Source of the DNA: an uncultured Dehalococcoidales bacterium
GTDB taxonomy: Bacteria; Chloroflexota; Dehalococcoidia; GIF9; AB-539-J10
Assembly: GCA_964561465.1 (NCBI GenBank)
Contig: CAZLPP010000002.1
Location: 1-56,696 of the forward strand
Reading direction: 5' to 3'
DNA: 56,696 nucleotides
Shown here: positions 18,105 through 26,901 of the stretch, one piece after another
Numbering within the stretch: the stretch's first letter is position 1
Layout of the letters: every line of letters starts with the position of its first letter
Position numbers and translations under genes: made by a program
Notes under the pieces: generated by a model
What the model was told of the DNA's origin: nothing
Seen by the model: only the letters and a program-made list of their open reading frames with translations
The model's database searches: none

Positions 18105-18656
18105 ATGAGCCAGCAGCAGGACTACTCCGGCGAGTTCCGCCCCGACTTCCGCTTCTCCGACTGCTCTCCCGAGTTCCTGGGAGGACTGCTCTCCCTCTAC
18201 GGCAGGTCATACATCGCCATTGACGGCTTCTGGTACACAGGCGTCAAGGAGCACGTCAGCAACGAGACGGCGCTGAAGGTCGACCTCTGGGTCTGGGACA
18301 AGATATCCCGCTACGAGTTGAAACGATTCGCCGCCTTCGCCGGCATCAAGGGCGACGGCATCGACGCTGTGTTCAAGTTCCTGCAACTCGTGCCATGGAT
18401 GAACGTGACTGAGTTCCGCCTCGAGTTGCAGTCGCCCAAACGCGGTCTCATGACCGTCACGAAGTGCTCCATTCTCGAGGCGCTGGAGCGGGAAGGGCAG
18501 GGCCGCGAGAAGGACATCTGCTCGCTTGTCGACAGCGCAGTGCTGCGGAAGTACGCCACTCACTTCAATCCGGCCATGCGGGTGGAGCCGCTGTTCCTGC
18601 CACCACGCGAGAAGAAGGACGGGCTCTGCTGTCAATGGGAGTTCACGCTGCCGTGA
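18105..18656 (+). CDS. Hypothetical 183-aa cytosolic protein embedded in the hyp operon (family not confidently recognised)
   Basis: A clean ORF in the operon direction, 47 nt after hypD. Its TGA overlaps the hypE GTG (GTGA at 18653-18656). It has five Cys (20, 121, 139, 175, 176) and the motif IAIDGFWYTGV...DLWVWDK. Confidence 0.6.
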   Translation: MSQQQDYSGEFRPDFRFSDCSPEFLGGLLSLYGRSYIAIDGFWYTGVKEHVSNETALKVDLWVWDKISRYELKRFAAFAGIKGDGIDAVFKFLQLVPWMNVTEFRLELQSPKRGLMTVTKCSILEALEREGQGREKDICSLVDSAVLRKYATHFNPAMRVEPLFLPPREKKDGLCCQWEFTLP

Positions 18657-19675
18657 CCGAGACGGGGAAGCCTGACAGGGTGCTCCTGGCCCACGGAAGC
18701 GGTGGCTCTCTGAGCCACGAGCTCGTGGCGCGTCGCGTACTGCCCTGCACGGCGACCTCGGCGGCGCCAGTGCTGGACGACTCGGCCGTCGTCCGGCTGG
18801 AGGGACGCCTGGCCTTCACAACCGACAGCTACATCGTCCAGCCGCTGTTCTTCCCGGGCGGCGATATCGGCAGGCTCGCTGTGTGCGGCACCGTGAACGA
18901 CCTCTCGATGGTCGGCGCCGAACCGCGCCACCTCAGCCTCGCGCTCATCCTCGAGGAGGGGTTTCCGCTGGAACACCTCGACGTGGTGATGCGCTCCATC
19001 GCAACCGCCTGCGGCGAGGCCGGCGTGAGCATCGTTACCGGCGACACGAAGGTCGTCAACCGGGGCAAAGGCGACGGCCTGTTCATCAACACGGCCGGCA
19101 TAGGCATGGTGCCGGACGGCCGCAGCATCTCCGGGAGCAGGGCGCAGCCTGGCGACAGGATACTCATCAGCGGACCGCTCGCTGAACACGGTCTGGCCAT
19201 CATGGCGGCGCGCGAAGGCCTCGCCTTCTCGTCCGAGATACGCAGCGACTGTGCTCCCCTGAACGGAATCGTCGCGGCGCTGCTTGAGGCCGTGGGCGAC
19301 GCGGTCCACTGCATGAGAGACCCGACGCGTGGAGGGCTCGGTACAACGCTGAACGAGTTGGCGTTGCAGTCCCTGGTAGCCATGCTCGTGGACGAGCCGA
19401 CCATCCCCGTGAGACCCGACGTCAGGGCTGCCTGCGAGATGCTGGGGCTTGACCCGATGTACGTCGCGAACGAGGGCAAGTTCGTGGCAGTGGTCGAGCC
19501 TTCGAGCGCCGCCGCCGCGCTGCAGGCGCTCCGCTCTCATCCCCTCGGCAGGGAGGCCACCGACATCGGCGAGGTGGTCGCCGGGAAGCCGGGCAGGGTG
19601 ATGATGCGCACACAACTGGGACCGACACGCCTCGTCGCCATGCTCTCCGGTGAGTTGCTGCCCCGAATCTGCTGA
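18653..19675 (+). CDS. hypE: Hydrogenase expression/formation protein HypE
   Basis: N-terminal LAHGSGG, a PurM-like fold and the canonical C-terminal PRIC. The GTG start trims the track ORF. Confidence 0.9.
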   Translation: MTETGKPDRVLLAHGSGGSLSHELVARRVLPCTATSAAPVLDDSAVVRLEGRLAFTTDSYIVQPLFFPGGDIGRLAVCGTVNDLSMVGAEPRHLSLALILEEGFPLEHLDVVMRSIATACGEAGVSIVTGDTKVVNRGKGDGLFINTAGIGMVPDGRSISGSRAQPGDRILISGPLAEHGLAIMAAREGLAFSSEIRSDCAPLNGIVAALLEAVGDAVHCMRDPTRGGLGTTLNELALQSLVAMLVDEPTIPVRPDVRAACEMLGLDPMYVANEGKFVAVVEPSSAAAALQALRSHPLGREATDIGEVVAGKPGRVMMRTQLGPTRLVAMLSGELLPRIC

Positions 19676-19687
19676 ATGCACCGGGCG

Positions 19688-19711
19688 CTCGTGTCCCGGT
19701 CAGGACACGAG
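19688..19711. terminator. Hairpin between convergent hypE and livF (9-bp stem ctcgtgtcc/ggacacgag, 6-nt loop)
   Basis: Read directly from the sequence. It overlaps the livF stop codon and has no clear U-tract. Confidence 0.4.
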
Positions 19712-20416
19712 GCGACTGCCGTTCGACCGTGAGAGCAGCTCCGCGGGGCTGCCGGACGCCACCACGCGGCCACCTTCGAGAAAGTAGCCCCTGTCGGCGA
19801 TGTGACTCACCGCCTTCACGTTCTGCTCAACGAGAAGCGTCGTGATGCCGTGCTGGCGCAGCTCGGAGATGGCGCCCATCACCTTCCTGACGAGTATCGG
19901 AGCCAGCCGCAGCGACGGGCAGTCGAGCAGCAGCAGCTTCGGCCGTGACATGAAGGCGCGGCCGATGGCAAGCATCTGCTTCTCGCCGCCGGACAGGGTT
20001 CCGGCCGTCTGTCCGAGGCGCTCCTCCAGCACGGGGAAGAGCTGGAACACCGTGGAGAGGTCCGCCTTCACTCCTCCGGTGCTTCCCCGTCTGCGATACG
20101 CTCCGAGGAGCAGGTTGTCAGCAACGCTCATCGATGGGAAGATGAGGCGTTTCTCATCGACGTAGGCAATTCCCGCCACGACGAGCCTCTCCATCGGAAC
20201 GCCGTTGACCATGGCGCCTTCAAAGCGGACCTCACCGCCGGTGACAGGCAGCAGCCCGCAGATGGCCTTCAGCGCTGCGCTCTTTCCGGCGCCATGAGGG
20301 CCGATGAGCGCCGCTATCTCGCCGCGCCCGACGCTGAACGACAGGCCGTCGAGGGCGCTGACCAGGCCGTACTTGGCCCGGACGTCCACCAGCTCGAGTA
20401 TCGCGCCGCTATCCAT
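19700..20416 (-). CDS. livF: Branched-chain amino acid ABC transporter ATP-binding protein (LivF-like)
   Basis: Walker A GPHGAGKS, signature LSGGEKQMLAIGRA and Walker B LLLLD. The ATG at 20416 lies 13 nt after the livG stop. Confidence 0.85.
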   Translation of the reverse strand: MDSGAILELVDVRAKYGLVSALDGLSFSVGRGEIAALIGPHGAGKSAALKAICGLLPVTGGEVRFEGAMVNGVPMERLVVAGIAYVDEKRLIFPSMSVADNLLLGAYRRRGSTGGVKADLSTVFQLFPVLEERLGQTAGTLSGGEKQMLAIGRAFMSRPKLLLLDCPSLRLAPILVRKVMGAISELRQHGITTLLVEQNVKAVSHIADRGYFLEGGRVVASGSPAELLSRSNGSRLVS

Positions 20417-20429
20417 GAGACACCGCCGG

Positions 20430-21239
20430 CTACTCTCCGAGGTACGTCGCGATGACGCGTTCGTCCTCGCGTATGGTATCAGGAGCGCCTTCCGCCAGCT
20501 TCTCGCCATAGTGCAGCACGACGACGCGGTCGGCCACATCCATGACGATGTCGGTCAGATGCTCTACCATCAGGATGGTCATGCCCTCCGACTTTAGCGT
20601 TCGAAGCGTCGTGCTGAGGCGCTCGATGTCCGCCGTGTCAAGACCGCCGTACGGCTCGTCGAGCAGCAACAGGGTCGGCCGGCACAGCAACGCCCTCGCC
20701 AGGCCAACGAGCTTCTGCTCGCCCCACGACAGCTCGGAGGGGTACTCCTCGAGCACGCCGGAGAGGCCAAGCAGCGCAAGCTGGTCGACCGCGGCGCGAC
20801 GTATGCGGCGCTCCTCGTCCACCGCGGGACCGAGGCGCAGGGCGGTTCCGAGGAGCCCGCCATCAGTCCAGACGTGCGCTCCGGCCATCACGTTGTCGAG
20901 CACCGTCATGTTGGCGAAGAGCTGGATGTCCTGGAAGACCTGCGTCGAGCCAAGCGCAGCGATTCGATACGCCGGCATCGCGTCGATACGCAAGCCCTCG
21001 AACCATATCTGGCCGCCGGAGGGTCGAAGAAGTCCGCTCGTCATCCGCAGCAGCGTCGTCTTCCCGGCTCCATTCGGTCCGATGATGCAGAGTATCTCCC
21101 CCCGCTCGACAGCGAAGCTCACGTCCTTCACCGCCAGCAGGCCACCGTAGGACATGGTCACGCCGACGTACTCGAGCAACGGACCGTGTCCGCCGCGGGA
21201 GACGGTGACGCCCGACCTCATCTCCAGGCGAGCGTTCAT
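20430..21239 (-). CDS. livG: Branched-chain amino acid ABC transporter ATP-binding protein (LivG-like)
   Basis: GPNGAGKTT, LSWGEQKLVGLARAL and LLLLDEP. The ATG at 21239 overlaps the livM stop (ATGA). Confidence 0.85.
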   Translation of the reverse strand: MNARLEMRSGVTVSRGGHGPLLEYVGVTMSYGGLLAVKDVSFAVERGEILCIIGPNGAGKTTLLRMTSGLLRPSGGQIWFEGLRIDAMPAYRIAALGSTQVFQDIQLFANMTVLDNVMAGAHVWTDGGLLGTALRLGPAVDEERRIRRAAVDQLALLGLSGVLEEYPSELSWGEQKLVGLARALLCRPTLLLLDEPYGGLDTADIERLSTTLRTLKSEGMTILMVEHLTDIVMDVADRVVVLHYGEKLAEGAPDTIREDERVIATYLGE

Positions 21240-22261
21240 ATCCGGCGCTCCTTGCGCCACTGCTCGATACGCGCGGGAAGCGAACACAGGCCCGCCGGCA
21301 GGAAGAGCAGACTGATCACGAGCACAACGCCATAGGCTACCAACTCGTAGGCGCCGGTCGGGCCACCCAGTATGATGGGAGCCACCTCACGAAGGAACTC
21401 AGTGAGCCCCACGATGAGGGCCGCGCCCACTATGGCGCCCCACGGACTCGTGACGCCGCCGACGATAACCATGATCGATACGAGCACCGAGGTCTGCACG
21501 TTGAACGTATGAGGCTCGATGACGCTGGTGTAGTGCGCGTAGGTGCTTCCTGCCACGCCGGCGAAGACCGCGGCCACGACGAAGGCAAGCACCTTGTAGT
21601 GCATCACGTCCATGCCGAGCACCTGCGCCGTGTCTTCACTTCCCCCACCGAGCAGGTTGACCGCCTTGAGCGCGCGCCCGACGCGCGAGGCGGCGATGTT
21701 GCAGCTCAGGATGAGCGCAACGATCAGCAGAAGCCAGGTGACGTAGAACACGAACGTGGTGTATGGCAGGACCTTCGGGTACGGAAGGCGTGGTATCTGG
21801 ACGAGTCCCGTCGCCCCGCCGGTGAGGTCGGAGACGCTGATGGTGAGGTAGTAGAAGACCATGTTCACGGTGAGCGTGACGCCGGCCACGATGATGCCTC
21901 GCAGCCGCAGGATGGCCCGGCCGATAGGCACGGCAAGGAGTCCGCTCGCGGCGGCCGCAATCGGCATCGCCAGCCAGGGCGAAAGGCCGAGCCTCAGGCA
22001 GAGGAGCGCCGAGGCGTACGCGCCCGTGCCGTAGAACACGCCCTGACCCAGCGAGACCTGGCCTGCCAGTCCAGTGAGCAGCACGAGCCCCATGGCCACG
22101 ATGGCGTACAGCCCGATGTTGATGAGCACGCTGAGAACGTACGGATTGCCGACCAGCGGGAGCACCGCGACGACTGCCAGCAGCACCAGGGCCGGCCTGG
22201 GCACGCGCAGGAGCCTGTAGGCGCTCGCGACCCGTGACTTCGTCGTAGAGATAACGCTCAC
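21236..22261 (-). CDS. livM: Branched-chain amino acid ABC transporter permease (LivM-like)
   Basis: Polytopic permease with GQVSLGQGVFYGTGAY, placed in Liv operon order. Confidence 0.85.
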   Translation of the reverse strand: MSVISTTKSRVASAYRLLRVPRPALVLLAVVAVLPLVGNPYVLSVLINIGLYAIVAMGLVLLTGLAGQVSLGQGVFYGTGAYASALLCLRLGLSPWLAMPIAAAASGLLAVPIGRAILRLRGIIVAGVTLTVNMVFYYLTISVSDLTGGATGLVQIPRLPYPKVLPYTTFVFYVTWLLLIVALILSCNIAASRVGRALKAVNLLGGGSEDTAQVLGMDVMHYKVLAFVVAAVFAGVAGSTYAHYTSVIEPHTFNVQTSVLVSIMVIVGGVTSPWGAIVGAALIVGLTEFLREVAPIILGGPTGAYELVAYGVVLVISLLFLPAGLCSLPARIEQWRKERRI

Positions 22262-23139
22262 TCGGCGGCTCCTCGCGAAGGGAGCAACCCTCTCGGGCGC
22301 GCCAGGAAGACCGCCAGCAGGATGGCGAGCGCTATCGCGTCGTGGTAGCCGGTGGGCATGAGCCCGGCCGACAGCGCCTCGGCCAGACCGACGAGCAGGC
22401 CTCCCAGGATGACGCCCTCTGCGCGATGCAGGCCGCCGAGGAACGCGGCGAGCAGACCTTTGATGGTGAGCGGGATGCCAACGTTGTAGGCGGTCATGGT
22501 CAGCGGCGTGATGGTGGCCCCTGCAATAGCGCCGAGGCCCGCGGCCATGACGAATGAGAGCAACGCCATACGCTCGATGCTGATGCCGACCGAGCGGGCG
22601 CCCAGCGGCTCGTCAGCACACGCCCGGAGCGCCTTGCCGACCATCGTGCGGCCGAAGAAGAAGAACAGGCCGACGACCATCAGGACGGTCATGCCCACGA
22701 CCCACGGCGCCTGCCCGAAGATAGTGGCGCCCCACAGGTGGATGCTCGAGCTGCCCAGGAAGTTCGTCAGCGAGCGGTACTCCCAGCCCCAGACCAGCAG
22801 CGTGATGCCCTCGATAGCGAAGGCGAAGCCGACCGTCAGGAACGCGAGCGTGGAGCCCGAAGCCCCGCGCGCCGGCCGGATGATGAAGAGGTACAGAAAG
22901 GCGCCGCTCAGCACCGTTACGAACACGGCGAGCAGGATGGCGCCGATGAGCGGCACCCCCATCGAGCAGAAGCTCACTGTGAGCATGCCGCCGAGCATCA
23001 CGAACTCTCCCTGTGCGAGGTTGAGCACGCGCGTCACGCCATAGACAACAAACAGGCCCAGCCCGAGTGCTGCGTAGATGCACCCGAGCGTGAGCCCGCT
23101 GATGAGCGACTGAAGAACGGTGGAGACTTCCAACGTCAA
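22258..23139 (-). CDS. livH: Branched-chain amino acid ABC transporter permease (LivH-like)
   Basis: Polytopic permease with LNLAQGEFVMLG. The stop overlaps the livM start. Confidence 0.85.
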   Translation of the reverse strand: MTLEVSTVLQSLISGLTLGCIYAALGLGLFVVYGVTRVLNLAQGEFVMLGGMLTVSFCSMGVPLIGAILLAVFVTVLSGAFLYLFIIRPARGASGSTLAFLTVGFAFAIEGITLLVWGWEYRSLTNFLGSSSIHLWGATIFGQAPWVVGMTVLMVVGLFFFFGRTMVGKALRACADEPLGARSVGISIERMALLSFVMAAGLGAIAGATITPLTMTAYNVGIPLTIKGLLAAFLGGLHRAEGVILGGLLVGLAEALSAGLMPTGYHDAIALAILLAVFLARPRGLLPSRGAAE

Positions 23140-23147
23140 AGCGCCCG

Positions 23148-24356
23148 CTAGTCAGTCATCGTCTTGACCAGCACCTTCCGGCCGTCCTGGTACGTAACGA
23201 GCACCTCCTTGTGCACGATCCTTCCGTAGTGGTCGGTCGGCGACATGGTGTGCGTTCCCATGAACAGGCTCAGGTTCGCCGTCTGCTCATAGGCATCCCG
23301 AAGCTGACCGCGCGCCTTGACGATGTCGCTCAGGTCCGGGTTCGCCCGGTCGAGTCCATCCGCAATGAACATGATGAACTGGGCGCCGATGGCCTCCCAC
23401 ATCGCCGGATGCCGGTTGTATCTTGCCACAAACGCCTCGTCGAACTGCTGACACAGCGCCCTGTCCGGGTCGCTCGCGGGCAACTGCTGCCACATGGTCA
23501 GCTTGGAATCGATGGACACGAGTGAAGGCTCCATCTCGTAGAACTGCTTGAACGACTCCATGTAACTGGAGGACGCCTGCGCCGGCGTCGTGACGATGGG
23601 GAGCATGATGCCCATCTCGCGTGCCTGCTTGACGGCGAGCGCCCCCGCGGGACCGCTGCCCCAGATGAAGATGGCCTCCGCGCCGGACGCCTTGATGTTC
23701 GCGAGCTGCGGCGTCATGTCGGTGGCCGCAGGGTCGAAGTGCTGCTTCTGAACCACCGTGATGCCCATGGTTGGAGCGACCAGATCCAGGTAGTGCTCGC
23801 CACCTTCGCCGTAGCCGCTGTTCTCGATCATGCCGGCACAGGTGGACACGCCAAGGTCGTCCTTGAGATAGCCGAGAGGCAACGGAATGTAGTCCTTCTC
23901 ACTCGAGGTCGGCTTGAACGCCCAAGCGCCGAGGCTGGCATCGATGAGACCCGTCCCCGACATGATGAGTCCCGGCGTCTTGTTCTCATTCAGCGTCGGA
24001 ACCATGCCGTGAGACAGGCCCGTCGCCGTGATGCAGGCCACAGTGGGCACCCGGTCCACCTCGATCAGCTTCTGCGCCGCCAGGGCCGTATCAGTGGCCG
24101 TGCCCTTGTCATCGTAGAGCACAAGCTCGAGCATCTTGCCGTTCACGCCGCCGGCCGCGTTGATCTGGTCCACGACAAGCCGGGCGCCGTCGATGGCAGG
24201 CAGACCCAGCGCCGTGTAGGGTCCGGTCTGCGATGCAATGAACCCTATTTTGTACGTATCAGAGTCGCCACCGGATGAACAACCCGGCAGCGCCGCCAGC
24301 GCCACAAGCGCCAGACACAGGACGAGTGCAATTGTCCGTCCTCGAGTTCGCTTCAT
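23148..24356 (-). CDS. ABC transporter substrate-binding lipoprotein (type 1 PBP, Leu/Ile/Val-binding family)
   Basis: Start at MKRTRGR, preceded by GGGAGGAAG. Lipobox LAALPGC. YKIGFIASQTGPYTALG is typical of this family. Confidence 0.85.
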   Translation of the reverse strand: MKRTRGRTIALVLCLALVALAALPGCSSGGDSDTYKIGFIASQTGPYTALGLPAIDGARLVVDQINAAGGVNGKMLELVLYDDKGTATDTALAAQKLIEVDRVPTVACITATGLSHGMVPTLNENKTPGLIMSGTGLIDASLGAWAFKPTSSEKDYIPLPLGYLKDDLGVSTCAGMIENSGYGEGGEHYLDLVAPTMGITVVQKQHFDPAATDMTPQLANIKASGAEAIFIWGSGPAGALAVKQAREMGIMLPIVTTPAQASSSYMESFKQFYEMEPSLVSIDSKLTMWQQLPASDPDRALCQQFDEAFVARYNRHPAMWEAIGAQFIMFIADGLDRANPDLSDIVKARGQLRDAYEQTANLSLFMGTHTMSPTDHYGRIVHKEVLVTYQDGRKVLVKTMTD

Positions 24357-24464
24357 GTACCTTCCTCCCTGAATTTCTCCAGCCCGCTCTCCCCGATGTC
24401 CCGCCTCACCATGGCTCACGCTCAGAACAGGAACCCGGGAGGTCACGAGCCAGCGCCCCGACGA

Positions 24465-25340
24465 TTACACGGCGTGAAAGCCAAATGTGACGAATCCGTC
24501 ACCGTTCTGTATCGCAGTAACCGCACGCCCCTGAGACACGTGCAGTGCCTCCACCTGCAGCTCAGCCCGGAGCATCTTCTCGAGGCAGCCCGCATCCTCC
24601 AGCGCATTCATGTGGACGATGGCGCCATACAGGCCCTTGCTGTTCGTCCGCTCCGCTGCAATGTGAGCCATCTTCTGCAGAAGCTGCTTCTTCGACTTCG
24701 CGCGGGAGACGAGCTGCACCGTGCCGCCCGTGGAGTGGTCGACCTCGATCATGGCCTTGAACCCGGCGCCGTGATTCCCTTCCGCCTGAGCCCACGGCTT
24801 GGCCTTGAAGATGCGCCCGCCCTTGTCTCGGAAGAACAGCGTTTCGAAGCAATACAGCGCGCAGATGGAGTCCCTGACGTCGTACGCCTTCCTGACAACC
24901 TCTTCGAATCCCGCCCCGCCCGCAGCCAGTTCGGCGGCCTCGATCGCGATCGGCGTCTCTCCCGCCTCCACAGTGCACGAGTCGACGACTTCGATCTTCA
25001 TCTCCGGATACTTCTCCAGCGCCAGCTTGCGCGCTTCAAGCGCCGCGCCGTAGCCCTTGCTGAACACCGAGGTCATGTGGATCGAGATGGCCGATTCGGC
25101 CCGTCCGGCTGCCCATTCGTAGACGCGGAGTATCTCCCCGACCGACGGCGCAGACGTGGTGGGCACCTCGCCCTTCGCCCTGAGGCGGTTCAGCAGCCAG
25201 TCGATGTCCACCTCGGTCTCGAGGTAGTCCTTGCCGTCTATGATGGCGTGCAGCGGCACGATGCCGATGTCGTACCTGTCGACCAGTTCCTGCGACACCG
25301 CCGCCGGTGCGTCAACGATAACCGCTACCTTGCGCTTCAC
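24465..25340 (-). CDS. DegV family fatty-acid-binding protein (second paralog)
   Basis: VAVIVDAPAAV.......IVPLHAIIDGKDY and PTTSAPSVGE. Confidence 0.85.
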   Translation of the reverse strand: MKRKVAVIVDAPAAVSQELVDRYDIGIVPLHAIIDGKDYLETEVDIDWLLNRLRAKGEVPTTSAPSVGEILRVYEWAAGRAESAISIHMTSVFSKGYGAALEARKLALEKYPEMKIEVVDSCTVEAGETPIAIEAAELAAGGAGFEEVVRKAYDVRDSICALYCFETLFFRDKGGRIFKAKPWAQAEGNHGAGFKAMIEVDHSTGGTVQLVSRAKSKKQLLQKMAHIAAERTNSKGLYGAIVHMNALEDAGCLEKMLRAELQVEALHVSQGRAVTAIQNGDGFVTFGFHAV

Positions 25341-25544
25341 CTTCGTTCCTCAGGACCGGAGTGGCGGGTCGACCCCGCCTCGCCCCATGATACCTCGGAT
25401 TGCGATATATGTTCAATAGTCCGTCGAGGTTTGTCAAGCACGGAATCCCTGATGCCGGAGGCTTCCGGCAGGGCGCACTGACTGCGCACGGCAGTCATTT
25501 GCGATACAATGCAATGCTGACTGAGAATGCTACGGAGGGCTGTG

Positions 25545-26690
25545 ATGAGAAATCGCGCATTCCTCGCTCGTGTGCTGCTGCTGACCGTACTGGCCTTGGG
25601 ACTTGCGCCGATCGGATGCAGTGGCGAAGTCAGTCTCACCACCGCGAAACTCAGCGAGGCGACGATGTGCCTCGGGGTAGACGCCGAAAACAAGCCGCTG
25701 AATCCCACGAACACATTCGGCGTCAACACGCCCGAGATATTCTGCTCGGTCAAGCTGTCGAACGCCCCGGACGACACCGAAGTCGGCTCCGAGTGGATAT
25801 ACGTCAAGGGAGAGCTCACTGGCTACGACAACACAGTCATCGACACGCTGGCTCTGCCGGCGGACGGGACGCAGTACATCCAGTTCTCCATGCCAAGGCC
25901 GCAGGCCGGCTGGCCGATAGGTGAGTACAAGCTCAAGCTGTACATCGACGGCAAGGAACAGGTCTCGCTTCCCTTCACCGTGAGCAAGACCGCCCCGGTG
26001 CAGAGCGGCGGCACTATCAAGGATGCAACGATGGCGCTCGGCGTTGACGCCAACTACAAGCCGGTGAACCCGACCAGTACATTCAAGTCAACCACCCCGG
26101 AGCTTTTCTGCTCCATCAACGTGTCGGATGTCGCCGTTGGCAGCGAGGTACTGTCCGAGTGGTACTACGTGAGCGGCGAGTGGCAGGGCGTCACCAACCG
26201 GCTTATCGGCACGGTTCCCATCGTCACCCAGGGCACGCAGTACATCTCTCTCTCTCTGCTCATCCCCGACGAAGGCTGGCCGGGCGGCCAGTACCAGGTC
26301 AAGCTGTACGTCAACGGAGCGCTGCAGGAGGCCGTGCCGTTCTCCGTGGAGTCCGCGCCTATCAGCGCAGTCATGGCGATGAGCGTCGACGCGGACTACA
26401 ACCCCATCAATCCGACCTCAACCTTCCCCGTGGGCGTCGAGAAGATCTACTGCGTCATCTACGTGCACAATGCCGCACCGGGAACGAAGCTTCTCGTGGA
26501 ATGGTACGACGTAGGACAGCCGGTACACCGGTTCATCAACAAGAACAGCGAGATGACAGTCCAGACGAGCGAGAAGCCTACGTGGGCGTCCATGGGAGGC
26601 GGAACCGGCGGCTGGAAGGCCGGCAGCTACGCCGTCGTTCTCTCCATCAACGGTGAGCGTGCGCTTATAGTGCCCTTCACGGTCGGATAG
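25545..26690 (+). CDS. Lipoprotein made of three tandem ~105-aa repeat domains of unknown function
   Basis: ATG at 25545 follows GGAGGG. Signal peptide with lipobox LAPIGC. Three repeats carry the pattern ATM.LGVDA..KP.NPT.TF....PE.FC......VGSE..SEW.YV. Confidence 0.7.
   Translation: MRNRAFLARVLLLTVLALGLAPIGCSGEVSLTTAKLSEATMCLGVDAENKPLNPTNTFGVNTPEIFCSVKLSNAPDDTEVGSEWIYVKGELTGYDNTVIDTLALPADGTQYIQFSMPRPQAGWPIGEYKLKLYIDGKEQVSLPFTVSKTAPVQSGGTIKDATMALGVDANYKPVNPTSTFKSTTPELFCSINVSDVAVGSEVLSEWYYVSGEWQGVTNRLIGTVPIVTQGTQYISLSLLIPDEGWPGGQYQVKLYVNGALQEAVPFSVESAPISAVMAMSVDADYNPINPTSTFPVGVEKIYCVIYVHNAAPGTKLLVEWYDVGQPVHRFINKNSEMTVQTSEKPTWASMGGGTGGWKAGSYAVVLSINGERALIVPFTVG
25647..26684 (+). repeat. Three tandem protein-domain repeats (about 25647-25982, 26016-26348, 26361-26684)
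   Basis: By-eye alignment of the translated repeats gives roughly 40% identity between repeats 1 and 2. Repeat 3 is more divergent. Confidence 0.7.
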
Positions 26691-26711
26691 GCCCCCTTCA
26701 TTTGGGCTTGT

Positions 26712-26748
26712 GAGGGAGTGCGCGAGCAGGCGCACTCCCTCTTTCTTT
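26712..26748 (+). terminator. Rho-independent terminator after the repeat lipoprotein gene
   Basis: A 12-bp GC-rich stem (gagggagtgcgc / gcgcactccctc) with a 6-nt loop, followed by tttcttt. Confidence 0.7.
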
Positions 26749-26901
26749 GGCGCCCGCACCGTCCCGGTTGCCTTGAGCCCAGGGCGTTCGATGCGTCATA
26801 CTTGTGCGGCGTGTCGCCAACCTCACGGTGTCGCGGCACCGCCGCGCCGGCACAACCCGTCGACGCGGCCGCCGCGGCCGGCAGACGGAGAGGCAGGAGT
26901 A

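Noticed and set aside
13539-19681. Several long minus-strand ORFs (13539-14681, 14630-15790, 16967-18034, 18632-19681)
   Set aside because: All are antisense to hypB, hypF, hypD and hypE, whose identities are strongly supported by motifs.
25471-25510. Promoter or hairpin upstream of the repeat lipoprotein gene (TACAAT at 25505-25510, 7-bp hairpin at 25479-25497)
   Set aside because: There is no acceptable -35 element at a workable spacing, and the stem is short. This is not enough to call a feature.
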